A stretch of 64,000 nucleotides of DNA, from the NCBI GenBank assembly GCA_013239625.1, contig MU053994.1:3167589-3231588 (forward strand). Reading direction: 5' to 3'. The notes below the pieces were generated by a model that worked only from the letters and a program-made list of their open reading frames with translations, was not told the origin of the DNA and searched no databases. The position numbers and the translations under genes are program-made. This DNA comes from Lama guanicoe. Lineage: Eukaryota. The first letter of the stretch is position 1, and each line of letters starts with the position of its first letter. This document shows, piece after piece, positions 1 through 13,680 of this stretch.

Positions 1-726
1 CCTGGCCCCTCGTCTGCAGGCATTCGTCCAGAATGTGCTGCACATACAATCCGCCCTCAATAGACTGTGGGTCACTGTGAGCCCAACTTGGTGAATAATT
101 GTGAGGCGGTGTTTTTGTTTTTGTTTTCAGCCGTACTGTCTCAAAAAGTGCTTAATGATTTGGTTCATTTAGATATAATCCATCATGATCCTGGAATCTA
201 GGGGGAAATGATGATTTGCAATGACATGCAGATAGACTATGTCAAATCAAGGCTGCCCCAGAATAGCCAGAGCTTATGATCAACATCTGGAAAGCATCTG
301 CATGAATGATGTGGCCGCAACAGATACCAAAGAATTGGAAATTTTAAGAACTATCTTGAGGGTTTCTGGGTCCTAAGAACAGGAAAGCAAAGTCCTTGCA
401 AATTATATAGCAAACTGATATAGCAAACTTTTTTTTTAAACAAAACAAAACCCTCTTTATTACAAAATAAAACATAGACAGGAGCAAAACAAACGTATGA
501 CTTAATGAATTATTTTAAGCCGAACATCCTTTTAACTACCGCGTCAAGAAATAGAGCTTTGCCAGGTACCTTAGAAACCACTTCGTGTTTCCCATCCAAA
601 TCACAGCCCCCTCCCGTGCCCAGAAGTAACCATGATCCTGCTAATCACACAAGCACACAAATAGTTTTATCACCCAATTTTGCATCTCTACATAAGTTTT
701 GCTTGCCTTTTAATTTGCAATTCTCT

Positions 727-814
727 ATTTATTTATATTTAATGAGGCACTGGGGATTGAATCCAGAACCTCATGCATGCTAAGCATGCGCTCTACCACT
801 GAACTATACCTACC
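727..814 (-). mobile_element. tRNA-Ala-derived SINE (camelid Vic-1-like)
   Basis: Reverse complement of tatagctcagtggtagagcgcatgcttagcatgc...ggttcaatcccc with A-rich tail. Confidence 0.85.
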
Positions 815-1457
815 CACTAGCTTACCTTTTGAAAACTTTTCTTTAAATGTCTTCTAAGTCATTTTTAACCTATTTCCCCTCTTCCATCCCTTTCTTTTCC
901 TTACAATTTATCTGCTGAAGGTTCCTGAACCATTTTGTCCTGTAGGATTTCCAATAGTCTGGACGTTGCCCATTCATATTCATGGCCTGGTTCCGCCATG
1001 TTCCTCTGCCTTCCATCAGAGGAGAGTTGGTCTACGAAAAGGAGAAATGGCAGTTGTGACCACCTCACCAGCTCATCCATGGTCTTTCCCCCAGACAGCC
1101 TGTGGAGGGGCTGGTGCATATTTAGCTCTCCATAGCTGTGGTGGCGCCTGCTTCTTCGATCTGGTCCACTGGGCTCCAAGCAAGCCTGGCTGCTCTCATG
1201 GAACTCCCTCCTGGTGCCCCCCACTCCATCCCAGGGCCAGGGGACCTTGCACATAGCCACAGTCCCCTGGCTTCATTCATAGCTCAGGCTGGCTTCCATG
1301 AGGCTGTAGCGGGGAGCACCCAGGCCTCTCTACAAAAGATGCTGTAGAGCCTGACTGGGTTGGGGCCTGTCTTCCCACAAAACAGCTTTGCAGTAGGTCA
1401 GGCTATCTCTGCCTGCGGTAATGCCTCTGGCGAGCTGCTTCAAAAGTGAGCTTGTAT

Positions 1458-1621
1458 GTGGGCAGGGGCAAAATAGGAGTATGGGATTAAGAGGGACAAA
1501 GTACCATTATATAATAAATAAGCAACAAGGATATATTGTACAACACAAGGAAATATAGCCATCATTTTGTAATAACTTTATTTAAAAAAATTTTTTTGGT
1601 GGGGGAGGTAATTAGGTTTGT

Positions 1622-1656
<35 letters not shown>

Positions 1657-1794
1657 CTTAATGGAGGTACTGGGGATTGAACCCAGGACCTTGCGCATGC
1701 TAGGCACTCTACAACTGAGCTATACCTTCCCCCCTTATAATAACTTTAAATGGAGTATAATCTATAAAAATATCGAATCACACGCATGCACACA
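1458..1794 (+). mobile_element. L1 3'-end fragment containing a nested SINE
   Basis: 16-bp TSD aaaagtgagcYtgtat at 1442-1457 and 1795-1810. Confidence 0.8.
1582..1735 (-). mobile_element. tRNA-derived SINE
   Basis: Family head, (TAAA)n and cctaattacctcccc tail. TSD taataacttta. Confidence 0.85.
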
Positions 1795-3659
1795 AAAAGT
1801 GAGCCTGTATCCCATGAAACACAACAGATTGCCTAGAGGTATTTTTTTGTCACAGTCTTTTACAGCCCTGTCCCGGGTAGGCTTTCAGCTTGAGCTGGGC
1901 TGCCCCAGGCAGCAAAGGGCGGTCCTAACCTAAAATATTGGCAATAGCCCTGGGCCCTGGGCAAGAGGACCTTGCCCCGGGCTCCATGCTTTGGAGGGTG
2001 CCAGCTGCCACGGGAACACGCAAAAGACGCCTGAAAGAGACTGCGTGGACATCTCCGCCTTGGGATCCAGTGGTCAGTGCCTGCAGAGCCCTGAGCTGTG
2101 CCCTTCTTGGGACAGCCACTGGCGTGACTAACAACTGTTCAGGCCCTAGGGAAATATTTCTGTACAGCGATCACACTGTGTTTTCAAAACAAAAGGCACT
2201 GTTTATGGATGCCATGGAGGTTTGTGGGCTGTGCCTCCTCTGATCTTGGAGATGGCCAGGGCTTCAGAGGGCAGGGAAGATGTGAGCTGCAGAAAGTTTC
2301 AGTGAAAGAAAAGACAAATTAACTTGTCAAGCCCTTCCTTCCAGAGAGCGTGCATGCAAGCGATTGGCACATAACTAAGTATAATTTCCCACGGGTGCTG
2401 TGTGTCCATCCATATTCTCGTTTCCCTTAGCGTTCCAAATTGTGGAGGCTAGGAACACCCTGAGACATCAAAAAATTCATATTACTCCTGCATCTGTAAT
2501 ATGCGTGATATCTGTGCACACACTCACTCATAACGTGCAGGAGGCATGATGCTAGCTGGCTCTGCAGTGCAGCCTGGCTGGACATGGAACACTAATCATG
2601 CAAAACGTTATACATTTATGAAGGCGTTTAACAAGATTTCATTAAAATTTCATATTAATAAAAATTTCAGCAGGATTTAAATCACTTTAAATTCTAATGT
2701 ATATATTTTAAGTAGATTTGTGCTATGAGGGTCAGTGGCTGGCGTCTTACAAATGTGGTGGCTGGACCAGCCCTCATCCTGGCCCCACATTGTCAGGCAG
2801 CTCAGAATAACGTCGCAGCAGCCCTGGCTGACTGCAAACTGCTTTCTTTAAAGCTCAATGCCTGAGCCATTCTCCTTGGAGAAGGCCACTGTTTCCTCCC
2901 TTTTTCCTTTTTGCTTCTATCTCTAATATTTCAATTTTGAACACAGATTACTCAATTAATTATAGTCCTAAAAACCTTCAACTGTTTCATGGTAGCCCAG
3001 AGTAGTAAAATGTCAGGATTTCTCCTTTTATAACTTTGCTGCTGCTTCCAAATGCTCTACTTTTTTAAGTTTAACTTTTCCAAATGACTTTTATCATCTG
3101 AAAAAAAATTATAAACGAAAAAAACCCCAACAAACTTCTGTTGTTGAGCGGGAGGTAACTCTTCTTGATCAGGAATCTGGTTCGTTTAAACCCCAATACA
3201 TTTTCAGACAATCGATTCAGTCATTCAGTGACTATTGGCTGAGCGCCTACTACATGGCGGGCACCATTCTGAAAGCTGGGGGTAGAGCAGCAAATCTTTT
3301 TTCTTTGGGAAAAAAAAAAGCCACAGGAAGATGCCAAATGGATGATGGTTGGGGATGAGGAAAGGCAGGCACAGGACGGAGACTTAACTCTGAATCGATT
3401 TGGGATTAGTTTATTTTGTCCTCCATCTAAGTCCTCCTACCTATGAAATGATTTCAGTCTTCTGTACACAAGCTTATGCAACAAACACTATTTTATTTTA
3501 TTTTTTTCATTAATGATTTTTATTCCAGAAGCTTACTCAGGTTTTACATGTTTTACTTAAGCCAGAATTTTTAAATAAAATTTATTGTAAGAAAAAAAAA
3601 ATACTTACCCTAGAAGCAATAGAAATCTTGATTACTTTTATAACTTTTTAAACATTATA

Positions 3660-4330
3660 ATTTAATTTTATTTTCTTCCAGTTTTATTGAGATATGATTG
3701 ACATACAGCACTGGATAAGTTTAAGGTGTACAGCATAATGATTTGACTTACATATATCACGAAAGGATTACCACGATAAGTTTAGTGAACAGCCATCATC
3801 TCATACAGATACAAAAGAAAAAAATGCTTTTCCTTATGATGAGAAGTCTTAGGATTTACTTTCTTAACAACTTTCATGTATAAATACAGCATGCCAATTG
3901 TATTAATCATGTTGTATTACATCCCTAGTACTTACTTATCTTATAACTGGAAATTTGTACCTTTTGACCACCTTCATCCAATCCCCCTCTCCCCATAAAC
4001 TACAAATCTGATCATTTTTCCTATGAGTTTGTTTAGCTTTAAAGTCTACTTGACCTAGAACACTATGTTAGTTCCTGGCACACAACATACTGATTTGATA
4101 TTTGTACACATTACAAAATGATCACCATGGTAAGTCTACTTACCATCTGTCACCATTCAGAGATATTACATAATGGGGACAGGGTGTAGCTCAGTGGTAG
4201 AGTGTGTGCTTAGTATGTATGAGGTCCTGGGTTTAATTCCCAGTATCTCCATTAAAAAAAAAGATACTACATAGTTATTGACTATATTCTCCTCAGTGTA
4301 CATTTCATACACATGACTCATTTATTAACA
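3660..4330 (-). mobile_element. L1 3'UTR fragments with nested SINE
   Basis: ttttattgagatatgattgacatacagcac... L1 3' end motifs. Confidence 0.7.
4175..4261 (+). mobile_element. tRNA-derived SINE
   Basis: A and B boxes, poly(A), TSD agataYtacata at 4161-4172 and 4262-4273. Confidence 0.9.
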
Positions 4331-5110
4331 AATTCTATTTTAAATGGATAGTTAATAATCTTTCCAATGAAATGGAATAATTTTTATAGGTTAAACATTC
4401 ATTTACATATTTCTTAATTCTCTAGGTTAGAGCCATTGCACACTAACCCCTTTGGAAAGATAAGATGGGGACACCAACTGCCACCCATTGGATTCACAAG
4501 ATAGCTGGGACCAGAATTTGGGGAGACAGAATTGAGTCACTGACAATCTAAGGGGTTGCTAAGTGATCTGGGACAATTCCTCTAACCTTTTGAGGAGATT
4601 TTGCTCAATTGTCTTTAGTGTTCTGCCTTATCTCAAATCCCTCATTGTCCTCCAGTTTCCTCTGGCTAAACCTGCGGTTGGCAAACCCGAGGTCGGGTTC
4701 TGTCCCAGGTCGCTATTTTCGGCCCCTTCAAAGAACTACTCTTCTCAACTACTCTGCTTCTCTTTTGTGACATCACATAAATCCTAGGAGTTGTTTCCCT
4801 CCCAGTCACTGGAGGGCTGTGCTATCTGTGGGGTAATAAAGTTCTGAGTATGTTTCGGCCCCAAATTTTATCTAATGGGTAGGCACGGATGACATACACA
4901 TTTCTATCCTAGACTTCCTAGAGGTTCAGCTTTAAGGATCCAACTGCCCACTGGCCATTTCACTCTCCCTTCTACGTTTATTTTTTTACCCTGTGTTCTC
5001 TTAGATGATGGCACTTCCTCCATTTAAGTAACCTAGGGAGCTCTAAAATGAAATAATTTTTGAGATGGGTTTTTCTGAATATGAATCCTTCAGTTTAAAA
5101 ATCATTTTGA

Positions 5111-5212
5111 GTAGGAAGGTAGAGCTCAGTGGTAGAGAGGGTGTTCAGCATGCACGATGTCCTGGGTTCAATCCCCAGTACTTCTGCCAAAAGAAAGAAA
5201 GAAAGAAAGAAA
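5111..5212 (+). mobile_element. tRNA-derived SINE
   Basis: agctcagtggtagag...ggttcaatccccagtac with (GAAA)n tail. Confidence 0.85.
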
Positions 5213-5401
5213 CCCAATTCCCAACTGTCACCCTCAAAAAAGATAAAGCAAAAAATCCATTGCAAAAAGGCTCGACGAGAATGCATAATAACCCAAATCA
5301 GCCTCTTTCATGGAGTCATGGGGCAGGGAGAAGTCCAGCAGCTACTCCCCAGGTGAGAAATCCTCTGTGGATTTTGCATTAGTCGAAGATTTCAGTTTCT
5401 T

Positions 5402-5995
5402 TTCTTTTCTTTTTTTAAACATTTTTTATTGATTTGTAATCATTTTACAATGTTGTGTCAAATTCCAGTGTAGAGCTCAATTTTTCAGTTATACATGAAC
5501 ATATATATATTCATTGTCATATTTTTTTTCTCTGTGAGCTACCATAAGATCTTGTATATATTTCCCTGTGCTATAATCTTGTTTATCTATTATACAATTT
5601 TGAAATCCCAGTCTATGCCTTCCCACCCCATATCCCCTTGGCAACCACAAGTTTGTAATCTATGTCTATGAATCTATTTCTGTTTTGTATTTTGCTTTGT
5701 TTGTGTGGTTTTTTTTTTTTAGATTCCACATATGAGCAATCTCAGATGGTATTTTTCTTTCTCTTTCTGGCTTACTTCACTTAGAATGACATTCTCCAGG
5801 AGCATCCATGTTGCTGCAAATGGCATTATTTTATTCTTTTTTATGGCTGAGTAGTATTCCATTGTATAAATATACCACTTCTTCTTTATCCAGTCATCTG
5901 TTGATGGACATTTAGGCTGTTTCCATGTCTTGGCTATTGTAAATAGTGCTGCTATGAACATTGGGGTGCAGGTGTCATTTTGAAGTAGGGTTCCT
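5402..5995 (-). mobile_element. Young 5'-truncated L1 (ORF2 C-terminus and 3'UTR)
   Basis: CTPMFIAALFTIAKTWKQPKCPSTDDWIKK...MEYYSAIKKNKIMPFAATW. Poly(A). 17-bp TSD gaagatttcagYttctt at 5385-5401 and 5996-6012. Confidence 0.95.
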
Positions 5996-7379
5996 GAAGA
6001 TTTCAGCTTCTTGCTCAAAGGAATAGCCGAGAGGGTTCTATAATCCACCCCTACCCCACCTGCCGTGTAGGGGTGGGGACCCCAGTGTGATGGGCACACC
6101 CTTGATGAAACCTAGATCTTGCCAGCTGCTGAGAAAAAGGCAGGCAGTGTCGGGGCACTCAGCCAGAAGGGCAAAGTTCAGTCCAGGCCTCCTGCCCCTT
6201 CCTGACCAGCTGCGAAGCCCCAAGCTTGGCATTTGAAACTTGCATATTTTGTAAATTGACCCCAAATTGAAGAGAGAAGGTCACTTCCATTGGAGGGGGT
6301 GGAAATGGCATCGCTGCGGTTAGGGACCGCAGAAGGAGCAGCCCCCACTCTGTCCCTACCTGGTGGAGGGAAGGAAACAGGGAAGACCTCAGTGAGGGGC
6401 TCTCCTGTTACCTCTCTTCAGGCTTTGGGTGCAGTGTGGCCAAACTCACAGTAGCTGAAGCCTGGTTGACATTCAACTTTAGTCGTGATGGAACTTCCTG
6501 CAAAAGCATGGTTGTTACCTCATGTTTGTAGAGCTGGAGGAAAGCCTGTCACAATTCCCCTTGCCAAGGGTCTGGGCGATTACTTCCTTCTTGAATTCAT
6601 TTGGATCTGATCCCACCCCCAGTACCATACTTAGATCTGGGCTACATAAGCGGTTCCCCCAGTGGTTCTGAGTATCCATTTTCTTCCTTCTCTTAGAATC
6701 TCGATTTATGGTTCTGGAGAAACTCATGGCATTAAAGTGATTTTCCCAACATGGCAGCTTAGGAACAGCGGCCAAATATTGAATGACATTTAAAAACATA
6801 TAAATCATATAAACAATATTTTAAAACATACAACAATGTAAGAAAATTTTATATTACTCTTAATTTGTGAAATGTGATACCAGATTTTTATACTATTTTG
6901 CTGTTATAAAATATTTAATAAGAATTAAAGTTTCAAGAACTTAAAATATCATTATTTAAATAATTCAGATAAAAAGTTGATATCTGTTGATTATATTTAC
7001 CATTTAGTTAAAAATGGTTTTATTATGGTAAAATACATATAAAGTTTACCGCCTTAACTATTTTTAAGTGTACAGTTCAGCAGTATTAAATATATTTATA
7101 TTGTTTTGCAATCATCATCTCTGTCCCTCTCCAGAACTCTTTTCATCTTGCAAAACTGAAACTCTGTACCCATTAAATACTAACTCCCCAGACCCTCCAC
7201 CCCCAGCCCTTGGCAACCACTGCCATTTACTTTTAATACACAATTTGGAATATTTGATAAGAAAAGTATTTTTTAAATATATGAAAATGTTTAAATATTT
7301 TGATTTTTACTACCCACTTTAATTTAAAAATTTGATATAAATATATTAAAAATGTATACAATTTTAATGCAATACATCT

Positions 7380-8420
7380 TGTGAGATAATAGAATATATA
7401 TATCTATTGGTCTCTGTCCCTGGTTTCTGGCACAAAGCTCCCCAAACCGTTGTAAGTTTCTAAGCGATAAGAACACTAGTAGCATCTTTTGTTCCGGTAT
7501 TTGATCTTTCGCCCCTGTTCCTGACACAGAGCTCTTAAGTCCCTTGGAATTTCCTGGGTGATAGCAGTGTCTTTTGTTCTAATGAGGTGACTCTTGGTGG
7601 GGTCCTTCATGTGGGGCCCATCACCAGAAGGACCCAGCCATGATTAGAAGCTTGGAATTTTCTGCCTCATCCTCCATTCTCCAAAGATGGGAGAGGGGTT
7701 GGAAATGGAGTTAATGATCAACCATGCGTCCACAAAATTCCCAAAAGTACCAGGTTTGGAGAGCTTCTGGGTTGGTGTGGAGATCTGGGGAGAGTGACGC
7801 ATCCTGAGAAGGCTGGAAGCTCCACCCCCTTCCCACATACTTTGTCCTATGCAGCTCCTCCATCTGCCTGTTCATCTGTATCTTTGATCATATCCTTAAT
7901 TTTTTAAAAAAATTTTTGTGGGGGGAGGTAGTTAGGTTTGTTTACTTATTTTTAGAGGAGGTACATAGGGATTGAACTCGGGACCTTGTGTATGCTAAGC
8001 ATGTGCTTTACCACTTGAGCCACACCCTCCCCCATCATATCCTTTTATAATCAATTGGTAAACAGTGTGTAAACTGTTTCTCTGAGTTCTGTGAATTGCT
8101 CTAGTAAATTAATCAAACCTGAGGAAGGGGTCATGGGAACCTCTGATTTATAGCCAGCTGGTCAGAAGTACAGGTGATAACCTGGGCTTGTGGTTGGCAT
8201 CTGAAGTGGTAGGGAGGGGCAGTCTTCTGGGACTGAGCCCTGAATCTGTGGGATCTGATGCTGTCTCGAGGTAGGTAGTATCAGAATTGAGCTGCATTGT
8301 AGGACACCCAGCTGGAGTCACAGAGAATTGCTTGGTGGGGAAACCCCCGCACATCTGGTGTGTTTGATAATAGAGTAAGTCAAAGGGGATATATAGGAGG
8401 GAGACTAAATTTTTTAACAT
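7380..8420 (+). mobile_element. MER21-like LTR interrupted by a SINE
   Basis: TG start, CA end and sequence recalled as MER21. Homologous in reverse orientation to 57471-58342. Confidence 0.75.
7898..8033 (-). mobile_element. tRNA-derived SINE in MER21-like LTR
   Basis: TSD atcatatcctt on both sides. Confidence 0.88.
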
Positions 8421-8818
8421 CTTATGTTAAAATCCTTTAGATAATTACTATCAATTTTTAATTATAGTAGCATAATTTGTGACTTTGTAAACTAAAGGCA
8501 ATAAAATGAAATTTCTGCAACATATATATGCTAATATGTGAATTAGGTACGTTTTTATTTGATTACTCATCCAAACTCACAAAATACATGCACAGACATA
8601 ACTGATTTCTGTTGTCTTTGATATTTTACTGACTTCAGTCGCATTAAAAAAATCATAGCTCCACATACATATTTATCAATTGTGTCATTGTGAAGGGTAT
8701 ATTTGTCAAGATAGGAGAATAGAACATATTTTATTGAACAGTTTGGTGTTTAATTTAGTCTTTAGATATATTGTGTAGGGGCCTTCTTTTGTACTCTTGT
8801 CCTGGATTGTATGCTTGT

Positions 8819-8999
8819 GGCCAGATTTAGCAAACAAAAATACAAAAGCCAAGTTAAATCTGAATTTCAAATAAACAATGAATACATTGTTTAAGATAAG
8901 CACATTCCATGAAATATTTGAAATATACTAAAAAACTATGCACTGTATCTGAAATTTAAAATTCCTGGGTAGCTGTTGTCTACTTTATCTGGCAACCCT
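8819..8999. mobile_element. MER53-like hAT MITE
   Basis: gccagattt...atctggcaaccct inverted termini. Confidence 0.65.
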
Positions 9000-10191
9000 A
9001 CCCAAATTCCTCAAATGTAAGGAGGAGACTATAGCCAACAACCCACTCTAATCTTCTGTGAGTTTTTACTGTAAGTCAACCTTGCATAACCCGCTATGGT
9101 TTGAAAAAACAAAACAAAACAAAAGAGAAGAAGTGCCTTAAACTTACACGTATGATTTAACAAATATTTCTAGAGTGAACACCCATGTCACCAACACCCA
9201 GATCAAGAAATAGGACGTCACTCCTACCTTCCAAGTCCCCAGGTTACCCCCTCCTTCCTGATCACTATCTTCTTCTGTCCTCAAGAAATATTCCCTCTCC
9301 TGACTTTTACAGTAATAATTTTTATGCTTTTCCTTATATAAAAATTTTTTTCATTGAACTATAGTCGATTTACCATGTTGTGTTCATTCCTTATATTTTG
9401 ACCTCTCATGTGTGCATTTTAGCTTTGCCTTTGCTTGAATTTATAGACATCAATTATACTGTGTATATTTTTGAGGGGGAGGTAAACACTCTTGCTTACT
9501 CCCACTGCTGTATAGTTTTCCATGGTATGAATATTACATAACTGATTTATTCTTTCTGCTGTTGAACACTCGGGGTGTTTCTAGCTTGGCGCACTTATAA
9601 ACAATGCTACCAAGACTATTTTTGCACACGTATCCTTGTGCACATACACAAGGATTTTGCTAGGGACACTCTAGGTTTTAAATTCCCCAAATATGGAGAG
9701 GAAACAAACATCCAAATAGGATTCATTGTACATCTTGGAAGTCTGTGCTTAAGAGACACATGAATGAAAACAAAAATGAAGACTCTTACCTAATTCAATG
9801 AGCCAACTATTGTTCAAGTTTAAGCCAGAAAGTGGTGTTATTTTTGTGTACATGTGAGAATATACAGTCCCACCCACTCTTGCTTCTTTTACCTAAATTT
9901 AGATATCATAGGCATTTAGTTTGTGGATTTCTGACGTTCCCAGTCCAAAGGAAAAAGGGACCACAGAGTAGCCACCCTCATTTTTCTTGATCGTTCTTTT
10001 ATCTTGCCAGTTTTGTGGTTGTTCCATCAGCTCAGCTCAGTCCTATAATTATGGTGTCTGTGTGCAGGAAACAAGACTTGGAAAAGAAATAGAAACAGTT
10101 CCTGCTGACCCAGATCAATTTTTTCCAAGTGAAATATCTGTAACTAGGCCAGTCATGATATTTTCTTGGAGAAAGAATTGAGTGAATTTAC

Positions 10192-10273
10192 TTTTTTTTT
10201 TTTTAAATGGAGGTACTGGGGTTTGAACCCAGGACCTCCTGCATGCTAAGCACGTGATCTACCACTGAGCTGT
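10192..10273 (-). mobile_element. tRNA-derived SINE
   Basis: Family body and poly(A), TSD-like gtgaattt. Confidence 0.85.
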
Positions 10274-10499
10274 GAATTTGAGAAAAGAATTTTAAAGCCA
10301 AACATGCATATGTGTTTGGGGAGGGGCAGGGCAGCTGAAATGCAACGTAAGAGTTCAAGATTTATCCACCTCCTTTCTGCAAAAAAGGGAGTTTTAGTAA
10401 CACCAACCCTGTCCTTTGAAGAGAGGGAACTCATCTTCATGAGTAAAGGAATATAAAGTTTTAGAAAGAAACATGAGTGATCAAAAAAAATATTTTTGT

Positions 10500-12310
10500 G
10501 GGGAAAAGCCTTTTAAAACAAGTTCCCAAACTCAGCATCCACAAACTGGTAGCTCTGATCAATATAAAATTTTAAATGTCTGTGCAAACAAAAATACCAT
10601 AACTAAAGACAAAAACTAAGTACAGACCAAAAAACAAATCTTTGAAATACCCATGGCAGACTATATAGGCTGATTTCCTGAAAATACAAAGAACTCTTAC
10701 TAATCAATGAGAACAAAGACCAGTAACCCAACAGAAAATGGGCAAAGGTCAGGAACAGATAGTTTACAGAAAAAGAAATATAGGGAGCTAATAGGCATGT
10801 GATAAGATGCTCAATGTAATTCCCAATTAAAGAAACATATTAAAACAATATTAGCCTATCTAATCAAAGATTTAAAAGTCAGCACCAGGACATGGTGAAA
10901 ATAGAAATTCTCATTCTTCTCTTGATCTGTGTGCAAACTGGCAACTCCTTCAGGAGACAATCTAACAAGACCTAGCAATTTGGCAAGATTTAGTACAGTT
11001 TCAAGATACACAAACTCTTTGACTCAGCAATTCTACTTCAAGGAATGTATTCTACAAATATAATGAAACAAGTGGGTAAAGATAAATGTGAAAGAGCTTT
11101 CGTTGTCATGGCTTGTACTGTTGGAGGAGCGACACTGGATAAGTCATTTGCAGTACATCTTTACCCGTGGTGCAATTATGGGTCTTGCTGTGAAAAGATC
11201 TCGGGGGTGGGGGAGGCAGTCACTAATGATGTTCCCCAATGCTCTGCCTCTCCTTCTCCCTCCCCACACAGGGTAGGATTGCACTTTCCTACCCTCTTTG
11301 AAGATAGGTGGGGCCACAAGGCCAGTGATAGCTGAGCAAAAACAACCTACATTCCCTTCTGGGGGAACACTTTAAGAGCTGGTGTGTGACATCCCCTTCT
11401 CCCTGCCCCGCTGATTGTGGACACACATGCTGAGATGGGACTTGGGTCTCTGAGTGACTGTGATGAGTGTGAATTTCTTCTCTGCCCGGCTTAGACATGT
11501 AGTAGGAGCAGGAAATAAACCTTTATACCACTGAGATTGTGACTCCTTTTCATTACCTCAGCATATTCTAGCCTATCATGATTAATACAATCTCCAAGGT
11601 AAATTTTTTTTAAGTGGGGGAAAAAAAACCCCCTAAGTGCCGAAGAGTGATCTCATTTATATGTATGTGTGTTTAGATGCTTAAGACATTTCTGGAAGGA
11701 GATAATAGGGCTTCCAACAAATGGGATGAAAGGAGGCAGAGATGAGGAAGGCAGTTTCTGCTTTTCACGTTGTAATCTGTACTGTTGGGTTGGGAAAAAG
11801 AAAAAAGAATAACAAGGTAAATTGAAATTTAAAACTAGCTAATGTTTCCATAAAAAGATTCCTACAGGACTGTTCATGGCTGCCTTATTCATAGGAGCCC
11901 CAGACCGGAGCTAGCCCAGATGTCCAGGGAGGGGGGGGCAAACAATTGCTGCATAGTCATAGGATGGAACACTCTCCCGCGGGGAGGATGAATGAACGAC
12001 ACTGAATGTAATAATACGGATATTCATACAGATAAGGCCTTGAGCAAAAGAAGCCGCACACCAAAGAATATGTACAGTTGATTCCGTTTATGTATAGAAA
12101 CTGGCAAAACGAACTTACGGTGTTAGACGGCAGGAGAGCGGTTATCTAACGGGGTGCATGAGTTTTGCCTGGGGATGGGCGGCATGGGGGCGTTTCTGGG
12201 GTAAGGGCTGCACGGCTGGGCTTAGTTTGTGGAAATTCATGGAGCTGTATCTTCTCATAGGTGCACTTTTCCGTATCCAGGCTGTACTTCAATAGAAAGT
12301 GCAAAACCAC
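10500..12310 (+). mobile_element. Old L1 3' fragments interrupted by an MLT1-like LTR (~11225-11590)
   Basis: A-rich degenerate L1 ORF2 and 3'UTR motifs. Confidence 0.65.
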
Positions 12311-12339
12311 ATCTAGTTGATACAAAGAATAAACAAATA

Positions 12340-12730
12340 GGAAGGAGGCAGCGGGGGTGGGGCGGTGCTGGCAGCGCTGGGCAGAGCTGGGACCTGCGGT
12401 CCTGGCCGGCGGTGCCCCGTTGCAGAGGCTCCCGGTGGCCTGCAGGTCTGGGCACGTTCGGGCACCGAAGCCCCGGGAGGCCGGGCCCCTGATGTGAGCC
12501 ACCCCCACTTCACCCCCGAGATAACCCCGAGCGAGCTGCACCCCGCTCCCTCCCATGCATGACCTCGACGCCAGCCGCTTAGCATGGCATTAAAAAAAAA
12601 ACCCTGCATGGACATCCCCTGGAACCTCGGTGGTGACCAGGGCTTTCCAGCGGGGACAGCGCGTCCTTGGCAACCCGAGCAGGAGCCTCGTTTCTACTGC
12701 AGGAGAGACGCAGCAACACAAGCTCGAACA
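12340..12730. promoter_or_regulatory. Small CpG-rich island
   Basis: Abrupt GC/CpG enrichment within an AT-rich background. Confidence 0.55.
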
Positions 12731-12892
12731 GGAGCTGCTGGCCTCTTGGCAGAGAAGCTTAATTAGCTTTCTGCAGGAGACTTCGGTTTGTTTTCAACAT
12801 CAAAAAGATGATCAAACCGAAACCATTTTACTGAACAAGGAATTGAATGAAAAACAATCTTCCTGTTTAAGCCATTCCTATAGAATGTAGTT

Positions 12893-13680
12893 CAGGGGTC
12901 CCACCAGTTTAAAACTACTTTCATAATAATACTAAGCATTGTTTGCATTTGTCGCCGTCACCATCACTCTCTCCCCAGTGTAGTAGCGTTTTCCAAGGGC
13001 GATACGTTTGCTAACACAAAAGATTGAAGGAAGAAGCACTTGGAGAATGCAGCTGTCTTTTTTTAAACAATCGCTGAGAGATTTGCAAAAATGTAAAATA
13101 ATACTGTTCTTCCGGCTAATTTTTTGTTTGTTTTGGAAAATAGAGCTATTTTTCATAAAAGAATATGATTTACGTTAATATGTAATGAGTTTCTTATTTT
13201 AAATTAATCCATGAGTACATACTTTAACATTTTCTGTTTTGATTTCTAATATAGTAAATATTGATAGATGTAACCCACACAAACGACAGCTCTTTGGGGT
13301 TCTCAGTAATTTTAAGAGTGTAAAGTGGTCCTGAGACCAAAACATTTTTTTAAATTGAAGTATAGTTGGTTTACAATGTTGTGTTACTTTCTGGTGTACA
13401 GCATAATGATTAAGTTATACATATATATTCGTTTTCATATTCTATTTCATTATAGGTTATTACAAACTATTGAATACAGTTTCCTTTGCTATACAGTAGG
13501 ACCTTGTTGTTTATCTATTTTATATATAGTAGTTTGTATCTGCTAAAGCGAAACTCCTAACTTAACCCTCCCCACCCTTTCCCCTTTGGTAATCACAAGT
13601 TTGTTTTCTATGTGAGTCTGTTTCTGTTTTGTAAATAAGTACATTTGTGCTGAGCCCAAAACATTTTGTGAACCTCTGCT
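12893..13680. mobile_element. hAT-Charlie1-like non-autonomous DNA transposon
   Basis: gcagctgtc...gagatttgcaaaaatgtaaaa...ttggaaaatagagctatttttcataaaa. A homologous copy lies at 19385-20490. Confidence 0.7.
13349..13649 (-). mobile_element. L1 3'UTR fragment inserted in a Charlie element
   Basis: TSD ctgagMccaaaacatttt on both sides. Confidence 0.85.

Noticed and set aside
1080..2240. GC-richer stretch that might be an old processed pseudogene
   Set aside because: I could not recognise a parent protein, poly(A) or TSD. A translated search would be needed.
4175..4261. Apparent tRNA-Ala genes here and at ~730, 1660, 5115, 7960, 10210, 33430 and 45470
   Set aside because: They have A-rich tails, TSDs in most copies, and mutual divergence, so they are SINE copies rather than tRNA genes.
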